A stretch of DNA of 64,000 nt from assembly GCA_001643675.2 (NCBI GenBank), contig LSRY02000001.1, positions 1,984,001 through 2,048,000 on the forward strand, read 5' to 3'. Of the stretch, positions 25,601 through 36,114 are shown one piece after another. A model generated the notes under the pieces. That model did no database searches. It saw nothing but the letters and a program-made list of their open reading frames with translations, and was not told the origin of the DNA. Source of the stretch: Monocercomonoides exilis PA203 (lineage: Eukaryota > Protista > Preaxostyla). Position 1 is the first letter of the stretch, and each line of letters begins with the position of its first letter. A program made the position numbers and the translations under genes.

Positions 25601-28600
25601 TTCCACTTTCATTTCGTCATCTTCATCATCAATGACTCTGTCTCAATGTTCTCTTTCCCTTCAAAATTTATCATCAGAATTGACATTTCTGTTCTTGTCT
25701 GTTGAGTCAGGGATCTTAGCCATCGACACATTCTCAGCTTCATCGGTTGATTTGAGGAGAAATCCGCTGATTTCGTTGAGGGGAAGCAGCATAAATAGCG
25801 AGTTGATGAACACTCTGTGGTTGAACATGACGAATAGCAGTTTTACAAAAATCGAAAGAGCAGCTGGAAGTGGAGGGTGTGTGAGCATTGACAACAGCAA
25901 TGATGAAAATACAAACACACAAATAAATGTTGAAGAATGTTCATTTGATGGGTGTTCTGTGCAGGCTGATGAAAGCAGAGGAGGGGCCATTGATACTCAG
26001 CTGAAAGGGAGCATTCAAATGAATGTAATTTCATGCACATTCACAGGATGCACAGCACCAGCAGAAGAACGGAAGATTGGGTTTGGGGGAGGGATGGCAC
26101 TGAAGTTGATCGATGATTACGCTTCGTTTGTGATTTCATCCCCTGTTTTTGAGGCAGATAAGCCAAATATTGCGAAATATGGAAATGACCTGTTTGTTGA
26201 ATCATCCAACTTAACGAGAAGCATCACAAACACCTCGCTTCCATTTGTATCTGGGCATCTGGCAGATATTTCGTTGGATTCGATGAGAGGCTTTGATGGG
26301 AATTACACAACGAATGCCATTCCACTGGTCAATTTCTGGCGAGCGATTGGGTCAGAGATATTTATTGGGAGCGAAGGTTGTGATGTGTGTGTGTGTGGAT
26401 TCTCAGATTATCCGTGTCTGTCGATGGATCATTCGTTGGATCGATTGCCAGAAGGAAATGAAAGGAATGTCAGCATCATTGGAAAAGGGTATCTGCAGAA
26501 GAGTGTTGATGTGAGTGGAATATCAGTGAAATCGGATGAGAGCAGCATGTGCTCATTGGAATGTGTCTCATCGCTTGAAGGAGCAGGAGGAGCAGCAATG
26601 AAGATTTGTGGCATTACCAATTTCGAGCTGATAAAGTTTGTGATTCCTTCTTCATTTGCAAGTGGAGTGAATGTTTTGATGCATGTTGGCTCAAGTGAGG
26701 GATTGTTGACTGTGAAAGACTGCACATTCACCAAAAAAGGAGATGAGAGAGAAGAATTGACAGATTATGGGCTGATCAAAGCAGATGGAGGGACAGTTGT
26801 GTTGGAATTGGTGACGATGCAATTGTTGAGCTTTTCGCAGGATGTTATTTCTGTGTTGTCAACAACAGTGCTGAATGCGAAAAATCTGACGATGAAGAAT
26901 ATTGAGGTGGAGGGAGCAAGTGGATTGAGGATATCAAAGGGATCAGCTGGAGAGAAGAGAGGGAGCAATGAAGGAGAACAAAACATTGTAATTGAGTGGA
27001 GTTTGTTTGAAGAAGTCACCCAAGACACGACAGAAAACATCTCGATCATTCGAAATGAAAATGATGAGCCATTGAAAATGGTTGTTCGGAACACAACGAT
27101 GAAGAGATGTGGAGGGTTGAAGTGTGGAAAGGGAGGAGGGATGTTTTGCGAGTTGAACGAAGGAGGATGTTTAGAGTGCTCATTTTGCAAGATTTCAGAG
27201 TGTTTCTGCTCGACTGCAGGAAGAGGTGGGTGGATGTTTCTTGAATGCACCTCAACAGCTGAGAAGCCTCTGAATTTTGTGCTTTCGAACATCACGTTCC
27301 GAGACAACACCGCATTGAGAGGGAGAGATGTGTATGTTCAATGCCACTCAATCGATACACAAATTGTTGATGAGCAGTTCTTGCTGGATTTCAGAGCGCC
27401 ATTTGTGAAGGACAAGGCAGTATGGGGTGCCACAACAGACTCGTTTGTGGGGGAAGAAGATCTTCTGCTGAGGGTGATGAAATACCAGAGCGAGACGATA
27501 TTTGTGTCATCAATTGCAGACAATCGCGCAGACAGCAAGCAATGTGGAGAGTTGGACACACCATGCCACTCATTGAGCTTTGGAGTGCAGCACATCATTC
27601 AATCTCTGTTCTCACAGCTGTTGATCTTGGGGCAAACAGAAATTGTTGGGAAGTGTGATGTTCTTGATGTGACCATCCGCTCATTGCAATCTCCATCTGC
27701 TGCTTTGGTGCATCTGAACTCTACAATAACCAATGAGGGAAATCTGATCACAACCTCAGAGAAAGTTCGGATCGAAAGTGTGAAATTCAATTTTGGTCAG
27801 TTATTTTCATATTCAGGCAATTCAATCATTCATGAAGCAAATGGTCAGCTTTCTCTTTCATCTGTTGATTTTTCTTCTGTTGGCCAATCAGAAAGCATTG
27901 AATTTGTTGTTCTCAATTCAACATTGCTGAGCATCGAAAATGGAATTCTTCATGTTGACAACTGCTCAATATCAATGCTTTCATTCAAGAAGCCTTCGTT
28001 TCTGTTTAATGGAGATGATGTATCAATCACAAATGTGAAACTGGAACTAATTGAATCAATAACAAATGTATTTGAGATTGGTGATTGTGGAAGTGTTGTA
28101 TTTAATGGAGTATCTGCAGATGGAGTGAAATTATCTGAAGGTTGCGTTATTGCGATAAACGATTTGTCTTCGAGTTCAATTTCAATTGGAATCTCCTCAT
28201 TCGACAACTGTTCGAGGAATTCAAAAGGAGCTTCTGTTTTCTCAGCTTATTCAACTTCTGCTCAAATAATTCTTTCAAACTGTTCCTGTTCAAATTGCGA
28301 TTCTCTCTCCGACAAAGGAAGCATTGTGGAGATTAACAATGCAAAAGATGTTTCGATGCAAATGTGTGAGTTTGAAGGAATTCTTTCAAAAGAAAGTGAA
28401 AATGAGAGAAATAATAATTTTGAAGAAATATGCAAATGGAATGGATCACTTGTTCACTCAGCGAATTCTTCGTTGGTGATGAAATATGTGACAATAATGA
28501 ATGCTTCATCAGGTGGATTGTCAGTGTCTGCTGGAGATGTGACGATTGAGAAAGGAGAGTTTTTGAACAACAATCCATTCATTGAAAAGTATCCCTCTCT

Positions 28601-30104
28601 TCGTCGAAACATCGTTTGTTCAAATTCTGGAGCATTGAATGTGATGAGTTTGAAAGGAGGAGATGGATTGAAGGATAACTCTTCACTTTGGATGTTGAAT
28701 GATGGATGCAGTTTTGATGGGATTATTTCAGATAGAGATTCATCGTTCTTCATTCCTATATTGGAGAGTGTGGAAGCAAAAGAAGAGACAGACAGGATGA
28801 AGCTGACATTCAAAGGATTGCTTCTTGTTCCATGCAATCTGTCATTTGCAGTTGCGAAGAGAAAAGGAGAAGAGAAGGATATTGAAAAGCATGATTTTGA
28901 TTCAGATGGATTTTTATCAGAAAGAGAAGTCGAAGGAAGTGTGGGAAAAGATCTCATCAGCAGTTGTGGAAATGAAATCGAAGTTAGCGTGTCTATTTTG
29001 TTTGGAGCATTTAAATCTCCTTCATCAACACATTCATTCATTCTGAAGAATACAAGCATTACTCCACCAAAAGATGATGAAATAATGTCAAAAGAAGAGA
29101 AAAAAATTGAATGGAGTTTATTTGCCTTTATTGGGTGTATTGTTATTATTATAATTCTGTTATTTGGTATTGTTGTGATGGCCGTGGTTCAGCAAAGGAA
29201 ACTGAGGGAAATTGAAAAGAAAGTTGAAAAAGAGAAATTAGAAAATGAGCAGATAATGGGGAAGATGGAAAGGAAAAGGGAAAGCAGTGAAAGAAGCTTT
29301 GAGATGAGTGAAATGCCATCGACATTACTGGAGGGGATGACAAGCCAAATTCCTCTTCTCATTGACAACGATGAAGATCTTCCAGAGCCTCCGTCAATGA
29401 ACAATGAAATTCTGAATGAAAATGGTCTGCCAGATTTGGAATCTCCATTGCCATTGTCCGAGAATGATTCTGTTTCATTGGTATCTCAATCGCATTCATT
29501 CAATGTTATATCAGCCAAGAAGCCATTTCGAGAGAAGGAGAAAAAGAACATCAAAACATTGCATTCGGTGATTCATTCAGTGCAAGGTAATTTCACCATG
29601 GGAACAAGAGCAATGGATGTTATTGATGGGAAGGAAGTGGTGATGGCAGTGGCAGAGCTATTTGAGCATTTGATTTCTGTTGGAGACGAAAGAGTGGAAA
29701 TGATGGGAAAACAATTGTGCCCATATTCGATTTTTGTTGAGGAAGGAAATGAAAATGAAATCTACGTGTTGACAGAGGAATTGGAGGATGAAAAGGAGAA
29801 GGAAGAAATGAAGCGATGGAAGGAGCCAGAAATGGGATATGAAGATGATGGAATTGAACAGGCAGTTGTTTTCACACTTGGACTGATTCTGCATGAGATG
29901 ACAACCGGGGAAGTGCCCTTGAGTGAGTGTGATGCGGAGGAAGCGCAGGAGATGATGAGGGATGGAGTGCGACCACTGACAGAAGGAATCGAAGGAGAAG
30001 ATCTGGTTGAGGTGATGGAGAAGATGTGGGCAGACGAGCCAAATGACAGGCCAACATTGGATGAGGTGATTGGTTTGCTGAAAGGGATAAATGGGGTGCT
30101 TTGA
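22677..30104 (+). CDS. 2475-aa type I membrane protein: signal peptide, Cys-rich GG[AG]I beta-helix ectodomain, TM helix, degenerate kinase C-lobe
   Basis: Intronless ORF starting MRVHLFLFACLILV, with four (F/Y)(V/I)x...CG....PC modules and TM WSLFAFIGCIVIIIILLFGIVVMAVV. C-terminus: RWKEPE / VFTLGLILHEMTTGEVP / MEKMWADEPNDRPTLDEV. Confidence 0.9.
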   Translation: MRVHLFLFACLILVETFKSQVIYGTATLRNEGIFSNITFKYNCIYFGQGNSNDEQFPVNGNNDYFSERRKASGTNRWKTGTCTAIYSFLRFSNASVGLKNVAVDYSSSPFILITDKSNVVLDSCVSHQKSEFPFLLNIGSIFLTNMTLIPQESLNPSSLIFSSDDSNSVILRNSIITDLAVSSSDYFLLSGKSKSEQIDNCAFRNMSVKYDTNSDHFVEHSCFRSSMENCLAYSCVNAFEGGISSGSYSSQEFICKNTTINFGKREMNDLEKKGQINSTESQFFSLCEWTDCTAPQGGALYVHDNASAILTVENSSFTRCSASSTRGGGIYAQRIAECVVHHSTFDQCVAYGSSDWGGGGIQFETIYVQPMVDDCLFNNCSATNDGGGIGFYQETAQKQKKCVINSFFKFCQASNSSTSAGGAISHWDGTIQIIFSNCLFYHCSSLSGGAVCLYLNANNKRVLFYYCFFHNNTGTRCGNDMLLHGSTSNNIDPSCYSTGQTSYRVCINSNSYTYRSEWLRNDFGNVRFVSSTDLQPKGNDTYACGIYESYPCSTISHCLTQLIPDLVHNVEVFSGTIIETNSFDCGPDSFTVYGQSNMSTTIQTEFEAPGISLFSVSTGTLTARDFVLVHDSDHPNNRGSRLFEISGAGGMRISRLNISFGSGQSAETAFSTELINVQNGVFHMEHVNWAKTISTNSLFSLSLTNEISLTLSECAFDGIERTTSGAAVISFSNDKANIDVNCCTFEGCGSRTSADGGSMMLCVGNGNEVKVKGGSFDGCYCSSSNGFGGGILLRLLNENPNFLISSSFGTNTAKWGNDIFAISPNLEETAKSEKITYVTDSLDSVQKVRGYDNGNNSVAIPLCIYLLPTPEEIYVSNSEASNHSHCGIVQFPCLTMKHSLTRQAGEKKVVVNGMIQMSDELEFGEQKHEIRGSNDQSGWTVSDSSSTSNSAMISASVETELSKLIFYLPSSLPLHSTFISSSSSSMTLSQCSLSLQNLSSELTFLFLSVESGILAIDTFSASSVDLRRNPLISLRGSSINSELMNTLWLNMTNSSFTKIERAAGSGGCVSIDNSNDENTNTQINVEECSFDGCSVQADESRGGAIDTQLKGSIQMNVISCTFTGCTAPAEERKIGFGGGMALKLIDDYASFVISSPVFEADKPNIAKYGNDLFVESSNLTRSITNTSLPFVSGHLADISLDSMRGFDGNYTTNAIPLVNFWRAIGSEIFIGSEGCDVCVCGFSDYPCLSMDHSLDRLPEGNERNVSIIGKGYLQKSVDVSGISVKSDESSMCSLECVSSLEGAGGAAMKICGITNFELIKFVIPSSFASGVNVLMHVGSSEGLLTVKDCTFTKKGDEREELTDYGLIKADGGTVVLELVTMQLLSFSQDVISVLSTTVLNAKNLTMKNIEVEGASGLRISKGSAGEKRGSNEGEQNIVIEWSLFEEVTQDTTENISIIRNENDEPLKMVVRNTTMKRCGGLKCGKGGGMFCELNEGGCLECSFCKISECFCSTAGRGGWMFLECTSTAEKPLNFVLSNITFRDNTALRGRDVYVQCHSIDTQIVDEQFLLDFRAPFVKDKAVWGATTDSFVGEEDLLLRVMKYQSETIFVSSIADNRADSKQCGELDTPCHSLSFGVQHIIQSLFSQLLILGQTEIVGKCDVLDVTIRSLQSPSAALVHLNSTITNEGNLITTSEKVRIESVKFNFGQLFSYSGNSIIHEANGQLSLSSVDFSSVGQSESIEFVVLNSTLLSIENGILHVDNCSISMLSFKKPSFLFNGDDVSITNVKLELIESITNVFEIGDCGSVVFNGVSADGVKLSEGCVIAINDLSSSSISIGISSFDNCSRNSKGASVFSAYSTSAQIILSNCSCSNCDSLSDKGSIVEINNAKDVSMQMCEFEGILSKESENERNNNFEEICKWNGSLVHSANSSLVMKYVTIMNASSGGLSVSAGDVTIEKGEFLNNNPFIEKYPSLRRNIVCSNSGALNVMSLKGGDGLKDNSSLWMLNDGCSFDGIISDRDSSFFIPILESVEAKEETDRMKLTFKGLLLVPCNLSFAVAKRKGEEKDIEKHDFDSDGFLSEREVEGSVGKDLISSCGNEIEVSVSILFGAFKSPSSTHSFILKNTSITPPKDDEIMSKEEKKIEWSLFAFIGCIVIIIILLFGIVVMAVVQQRKLREIEKKVEKEKLENEQIMGKMERKRESSERSFEMSEMPSTLLEGMTSQIPLLIDNDEDLPEPPSMNNEILNENGLPDLESPLPLSENDSVSLVSQSHSFNVISAKKPFREKEKKNIKTLHSVIHSVQGNFTMGTRAMDVIDGKEVVMAVAELFEHLISVGDERVEMMGKQLCPYSIFVEEGNENEIYVLTEELEDEKEKEEMKRWKEPEMGYEDDGIEQAVVFTLGLILHEMTTGEVPLSECDAEEAQEMMRDGVRPLTEGIEGEDLVEVMEKMWADEPNDRPTLDEVIGLLKGINGVL

Positions 30105-31599
30105 TACTTCTTTGCTTGCTTGCTGCATGTTTGTAGAATTGAGCTGAATGATTAAAATGTTTGGATTGCGAAAACAGCACCTTCCCCTGATGACTTGTTT
30201 TGAATCTGCTGTTCAATGGGAATTCGTCTTCGCAAAGGTGAAATTTGAAGAAGCCTTCAACTGAATGTGTTGAAGTGCAAATGATTTCACAATTGTTTCA
30301 TTTGCCAATTATGTTGTTTCAACGTATCCACCATCTTTGGAGCAAGATCACTAAATGTGTTTGTGTGAGTGTAGTATTTTTTTAGTTTTTTTCATATTTT
30401 GTTTTTGTGTTTTGGAGTTGAAAATTTTGCTCTTTATTTGTTTTTGATTTTGTTTTTGTGTATCTCTAACATGAATGAATTTTCAATGAATTCACTTGGA
30501 TCCTATTGGAAAATTCTTGCGTGACTTTTTTATATTCCTGTTGTTTTTTCACGTTGATTTAATTCCCATCAAATTTCTTTTTTCTGTTTTATGTTTTCTC
30601 AAGCATTTTCCATTAACATCAACAATTCAACGAATAAAAAGTAATCGTCATCGATTTTTTAATTTTTATGAATGTTGTTGAAAATATAATGAAGGGTTTG
30701 ATTGCCCTAATTTTTTTGAATAAATGAGAATATCTCATTCATGAAATTCAGAGAATTCTTAAAGGAAGGATTGACCACATCAATGTTGATTGATGTCATG
30801 GGCATAATTCTTTCAATTTTCAATTATTCTCTCTCATTTTGTCATTAACAATGCAGTCTTTAATTTTGAAAGAATAATTAAGGTCGGATGAAAATGAAAA
30901 ATTTGAACCTTTTCATTTTGATAATAACATGCAATCATTTGGATTCAACAAAATGGAAACATTTGATGGATCAAACAAAAAAGAAAAAAAAGAACTCATA
31001 AAATTGAATTGATGAAATCTGAATTTATCGTTTTTTCTTTTTAATTCATTGTTCTTTGATGGAACATTCATTTACAGAAATAATGAATCATTATGATCAA
31101 ACAATAAGGAATGTATTTTTTTCTAACAGTCTTCATATTTTGTTTTTGATTTTATGCTTGATCTCAATGTCTCAATTCCAAGGACTGAAAACATCCTTCT
31201 TTTTTCTGTTTCAAATTTTCGAACACTTTTTATTTTTTTTTTCCATCTCTTGACATTATTTTTTTTTCAATCCAATTTTTTTCTTTTTCTATTAACTTGC
31301 TGATAACAGCATCAACACAGTTTCTTTTTCTCCCACAAAAAAACACGTGGCACAATTTCTTGTTTAGCAAATCAACAAATTGGATAAAAAAGATTTATTT
31401 TCAATTCTCTGGCCATCTCTGATCATCAATCTCTCTAAAAATATGAAATTATTTCACACAATCTCCCATAAGATCTTTTGATTTTTGGTGAGTTCCAATT
31501 ATCTAAACAATCTTCATTATTCTCATTTATTAAGAAAAACAATTGGAAATGTAATTCTTTATTCCACAAAATTTGATAATTTATTAATAAAGTCATTGT

Positions 31600-32060
31600 T
31601 TTAATCTTATCACTTTTCATTTGAATTTTCACTTGATTAACCTCCATACAGGTATTGCACAATAAATCAGACAAGATCGTTATTTCAATAACCACTCAAA
31701 AAGAAAATCAAATAATTTCACTATGAAAATATCTTATCCATCCTGACTAATTTGAAATACGAGACTTTAATTTCCGTGTCGACTGAAAATAGAAAAATAT
31801 TATGTTTTGAAATTTCGGAGAAACTCATAAACCTATTATTCTGAAATTTCGATATTTCTATTTTCTGAGCACAAATGAAGCTGCTTTGAAAGATTTGTGT
31901 ATCAAATGAGTTGGTATTAATGAGATATATATTCTGAAAAATTATCAGTACTTCTTCTTATGCAGATATTGAGAAAACGATCTTGTCTGGTATTATATGC
32001 TATGTCTGTATTTTTAAATTTGAGCATATATCGAAAATATAGAAAGTTTGATAATTCATT
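31600..32060. repeat. Decayed foldback palindrome centred near 31828
   Basis: Nested inverted pairs: CAGACAAGATCGTT 31668-31681 / AACGATCTTGTCTG 31976-31989; GAAAATAGAAA 31785 / TTTCTATTTTC 31855; GAAATTTC(G)GA 31809 / TCTGAAATTTC 31840. Outer limits are approximate. Confidence 0.65.
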
Positions 32061-32540
32061 CATTCTATTGGTTGAATTTGACATTAAGTGTCTGGTTAAT
32101 ATCTTGCTTGATATTGATCGCACATCATTCAAAATCCTTTTCGAAAACAGTCATTCATTAAATAATATGCTTCAGTCAAAAGCTGACATCGTCACAACGA
32201 AAATAATCAACACCTGTTATTGTCACCTTTTTCGGTTTTTAAAAAAATATTTTCCATTTTCCTATTAGTCTTTTGTCTATAATAATAACAGTACCAATTA
32301 TTTGATTGCATATTTCGAATCATTATGAATGATTCTTTCAATGAAAAATTAATTATTTCTTAAAAAAAATAAGAATTTTTCATTTCAAAATGTATTTAAA
32401 CAAGTTTGAATAACAAAATGAAACAAAAACATTTTATCACTTTCGAAAAATGTGTTTCTGAATAGTATTTGGTGCAAAATACGGACTTTCAAGCTTTTTT
32501 TGCACAAAGCACAAAAAATTGTTTCACTTATAACATTATA

Positions 32541-32941
32541 GTTAGTGTTAATAATGGTGGACACTTTCAATAACTGTGGACAGTTGCATTATCTCAACAA
32601 CCGTTGATTATTGCTTTTTGACAATTAACCTAATTATTCCCTCAATGAACATGAACTTATAAGACATACAGAAACGAAACAACTTTCTCTGCAGAATGAA
32701 ATAAAAGACATTTTAAAATTTCAGAGAAACTCGGAGAAATGAGATTTTTCAAGTTTCTCCGAAAATTAAAAATGTTTTTTCAAAATTCTGCAGAGCAAGT
32801 TGTTTCATTTCTGTATGTCTTATAAGTTCATGTTCATTGAGGGAATAATTAGGTTAATTGTCAAAAAGCAATAATCAACGGTTGTTGAGATAATGCAACT
32901 GTCCACAGTTATTGAAAGTGTCCACCATTATTAACACTAAC
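32541..32941. mobile_element. 401-bp near-perfect palindromic MITE (hairpin element), TA(TA) flanks
   Basis: TATA|GTTAGTGTTAATAATGGTGGACAC ... GTGTCCACCATTATTAACACTAAC|TATA. The outer ~130 bp of each arm are exact inverted copies; the centre is near 32741. Confidence 0.92.
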
Positions 32942-33809
32942 TATATTAAACTAAATCAGATTTCAAAATAAGTTAGATTTTCATTACTGAAAACAAACAT
33001 AATTGATATAATAACATTATGTTTTGCGACCTCACATGTATTAAAAAAAATAAACCAATTTTTTCAAATTTTTAATCACAAAAAGTTCATCAAATGTGCA
33101 TAATTTTTCAATGAAAATGCCTGAAGTGAAATATTTTTCCCCAAATGACCAATGAAAAATTATATTTCGATCAAATTTTTTTCTGCACTCACTAAACTTT
33201 TCAAAAACGAAGACCTCTTCTTGAAAATCTTATGATATTCATTCTTATGAAATTTCGTGAGTGTTAATGAAAAAATTTGATCAAGATATAACATTTTTAA
33301 TTTCATTTGAAAATTAATTCTTGCTAAACGTTGAATGAATTTCAATTATCACTGAAGTATATGTTTCAGATAAAAGTGAAGTGGCATATTCATTTCAGAG
33401 TGAGATTCATCTTTGGGTTTACCAATAAACTTTGTTTTATTAAAAAAATTTCATATCGAAATATTTGATTAATGAAATAATATGAATGTGATTTTAATAA
33501 AAATCTTAACTTTTTTCGGAATAGAAAAACTTTGAAGGTCTTATGACTTTGGATTAGAATTATTCATTAAACCGAAAAAAACATAATAATTGTTTCAAAT
33601 GAAGATGAGAGAGTTTGTATGTTTGAAAATATGATAGATGAAAGGGATTATAACTTTTCAGTGTTCATAAGTCAATATTTATAGTTTATTCTTTAACCGA
33701 AAATATTAAGAGAGATAAACAGATTCAAAAATTACCATTCATAAAACACTTTTAAAAATTCTTAAAATTTAGAACTCACAGACAAAAAAATTTTCAATAT
33801 TTAGATAAT

Positions 33810-34195
33810 GCATCGAACTTCATATATTTCATACACAAAATTCTTTTCCAACATTTCCTTTCATTTCAATTATTAATATTCTTTGTTTTTTGCATTTTGA
33901 AAATTCTCTTGACAAGACATACGCAAACATTCATTGTCAAGTTTTCAATTTAACCAAAAATGAATTTTCATTTCTTTTGTCTTTTTTCAATCCATTTCAC
34001 ATTTATTGAGCAAAAAGTTGAATAATTGGAAAAATTTCAAAATTCTGAAATAATACCATCAATTCCTTTTTAGAAAATGCTTATTTCAACTTCACTTCAC
34101 AATAATAATTACATATAGGTGATTATTTTTGATATCGTGTTGTTTCTGTCAAAAAATTTGGAAAGAAAATTTGAATAGAATATAAATTAATGCAC
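33810..34195. repeat. Weak decayed inverted repeat
   Basis: TGCAT...CAAAATTCTTTTCCAA (about 33809-33851) versus TTGGAAAGAAAATTTG...ATGCA (about 34158-34194). Confidence 0.35.
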
Positions 34196-34390
34196 AACGA
34201 ATATTATTCTCGTATTTGTTGATATATTTACAATGAACTTATCTCAAACATTGGCACATGAAAGTGTTGTCAAACATTTTTCATTAAATAGAAATATTTC
34301 CAGTCATCGAAAAACAACCTTCGAAAAATCAATCCACTGAATAAAGTGATGATTTCAAAAACAATTACACATATGAACATATAAATATTA

Positions 34391-35381
34391 GTGTGTATAT
34401 TTTATCTTGACCTCAAATTTTTATCTTAACCCTTTTTAGAATCTTTCTGAAGCTTTTTTCAAGCTTAGCAAAGGTTTGAGACAAAAAATATATAAATATT
34501 CAATTTTATCTTTATTATTTACAACTTTCTATAATTTAATATTTGAAAAAAATTTCATTTCATAAAAATGATTATTATTTAATATATTATAGTACCCAGA
34601 TCAAAGACTTGCTGGCTTTGAAGCGAATATTTCTTGCTGAACGTTTAAAGCCATTGCATCACAATTCCACATTCCTTTTTTAGTATCTTATCTTATTTTT
34701 TTCATTTTCAATTTAATTTTTGACCTTTTTTTCTCATTTCACTGTTTTCGCTTAAAACACGTTTTTTAATATTATCATGTGTTCGTGTCAAATTTAATTT
34801 CAATGAAAAAATATCCAAAGTCTTATTTATCCTTTATTTGTATTAAGCATTGAAATGAAAAGGATCTTTTCAAGAATTTTTACTGAAAAGCAAGAATAAA
34901 TGATTTTTTTGCAATTCAAATTACCAAACATATACAAACAAATATTCATTTTAACATACGAGAATCGTTTTATTTTAATAATATTTATTTATCATTTCAA
35001 TAAATTTCAAAACAAATTCATATGTGTCCTTATAATCGTGTTTTTTGAAAAAAAGTGTGAAAAAAAACAAGTTGAGAAAGTTTAAAACAACCAAAACATA
35101 TAATAAAGAAATAATGAATAATGTTATTGAAGCTTAAAACTTCTGAGAATAAGTATTCGATGGAAAAGCAGCAAGTCAATGATCAAAACATAAAATTATT
35201 ATAATCCTTGATCTTTTTGAAAAACATGAAATATTGAAAAAAAAAATACAGAAGAAGGAAATAGAAACTACTTAAACATTTCTGGTTATTTTTTATTTAT
35301 CACAGGCTTGTGTTGAGCTAAAAGCATGAAAAAAAAAAAAGATCTTGATAAAGAAAAAATGTTAAGATAAAATCATAGCGC
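34391..35381. mobile_element. Old diverged copy of the 20839-21830 foldback family (~990 bp)
   Basis: Colinear matches to both arms: TA|GTGTGTATATTTTATCTTGACC, GATCA...TTTAAAGC...TCCTTTTT, AGCTTAAAACTTC, TCAATGATCAAAA, AAACATTTCTGGTTATTTTT, GCTTGTGTTGAGC. Same overall length. Confidence 0.7.
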
Positions 35382-35391
35382 AATTAATAAT

Positions 35392-35521
35392 AGATGAATT
35401 TTGAATAGATTTTTTTTATTTAAATAAACCAGGCTTATTCAAATGAACTCATGTTTATTCGAATAGATCAAGTTCATTTGAATAAACCGAGTTCATTTGA
35501 GATAGACTGAGTTCATTTGAG
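35392..35521. repeat. Left terminal array: 7 x TYATTYRAATRA-like motif, 19-20 bp period
   Basis: Units near 35397, 35416, 35435, 35455, 35474, 35493 and 35513. Confidence 0.8.
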
Positions 35522-36114
35522 TTACGAAAATTAATTTATTAAACAAATATTTTTAATGTCTATAAAATTGATTGCAAAAACTTTCAAATATTATTTGCAT
35601 AATAATTATGTTATTTTGGAAATGATTTATGTTGTTTTCAACAAATTCCTTCACAAATCAAAAGGATCAAAATATTTTAAAAACTGAATAAATTCTTTGT
35701 CACCAATACATAATTTAAAACGCATCAACATCACATTTTTTGATTGTTAAACCTTTTGTGAATGTTATCCACATGCTTTAACAGTTTTAAAATTTGATGA
35801 AAAGAAGAATTCCACGAATTATGAAATGAAAAGAAACATTTTATTAGCGCAAAATAAGTGAATTGAAATTATTCAGATTTATAAAATGGATTGCATCAAC
35901 ACATACATAAACAACTTGTTTTTGAACTTTAATTGATTCGAAAACATTAAAGGACTTGTGAAAAAAAATTATCGGATAATATTAGAAATTGATATAATTT
36001 TTTAAAAAAAGATAAAAAAACAAACTAATGAGTCTTCATTATTTCATTGAATAATGAATAAAGTTCAACCGCTTTTCTCTTTCTATTTGGACGAGCTTCT
36101 CACACAAGCATTTC

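Noticed and set aside
35392-35521. Spaced palindromic repeats as a CRISPR array
   Set aside because: The units are degenerate 12-mers with 7-9 bp spacers, there are no cas genes, the context is eukaryotic, and the arrays sit symmetrically at element ends.
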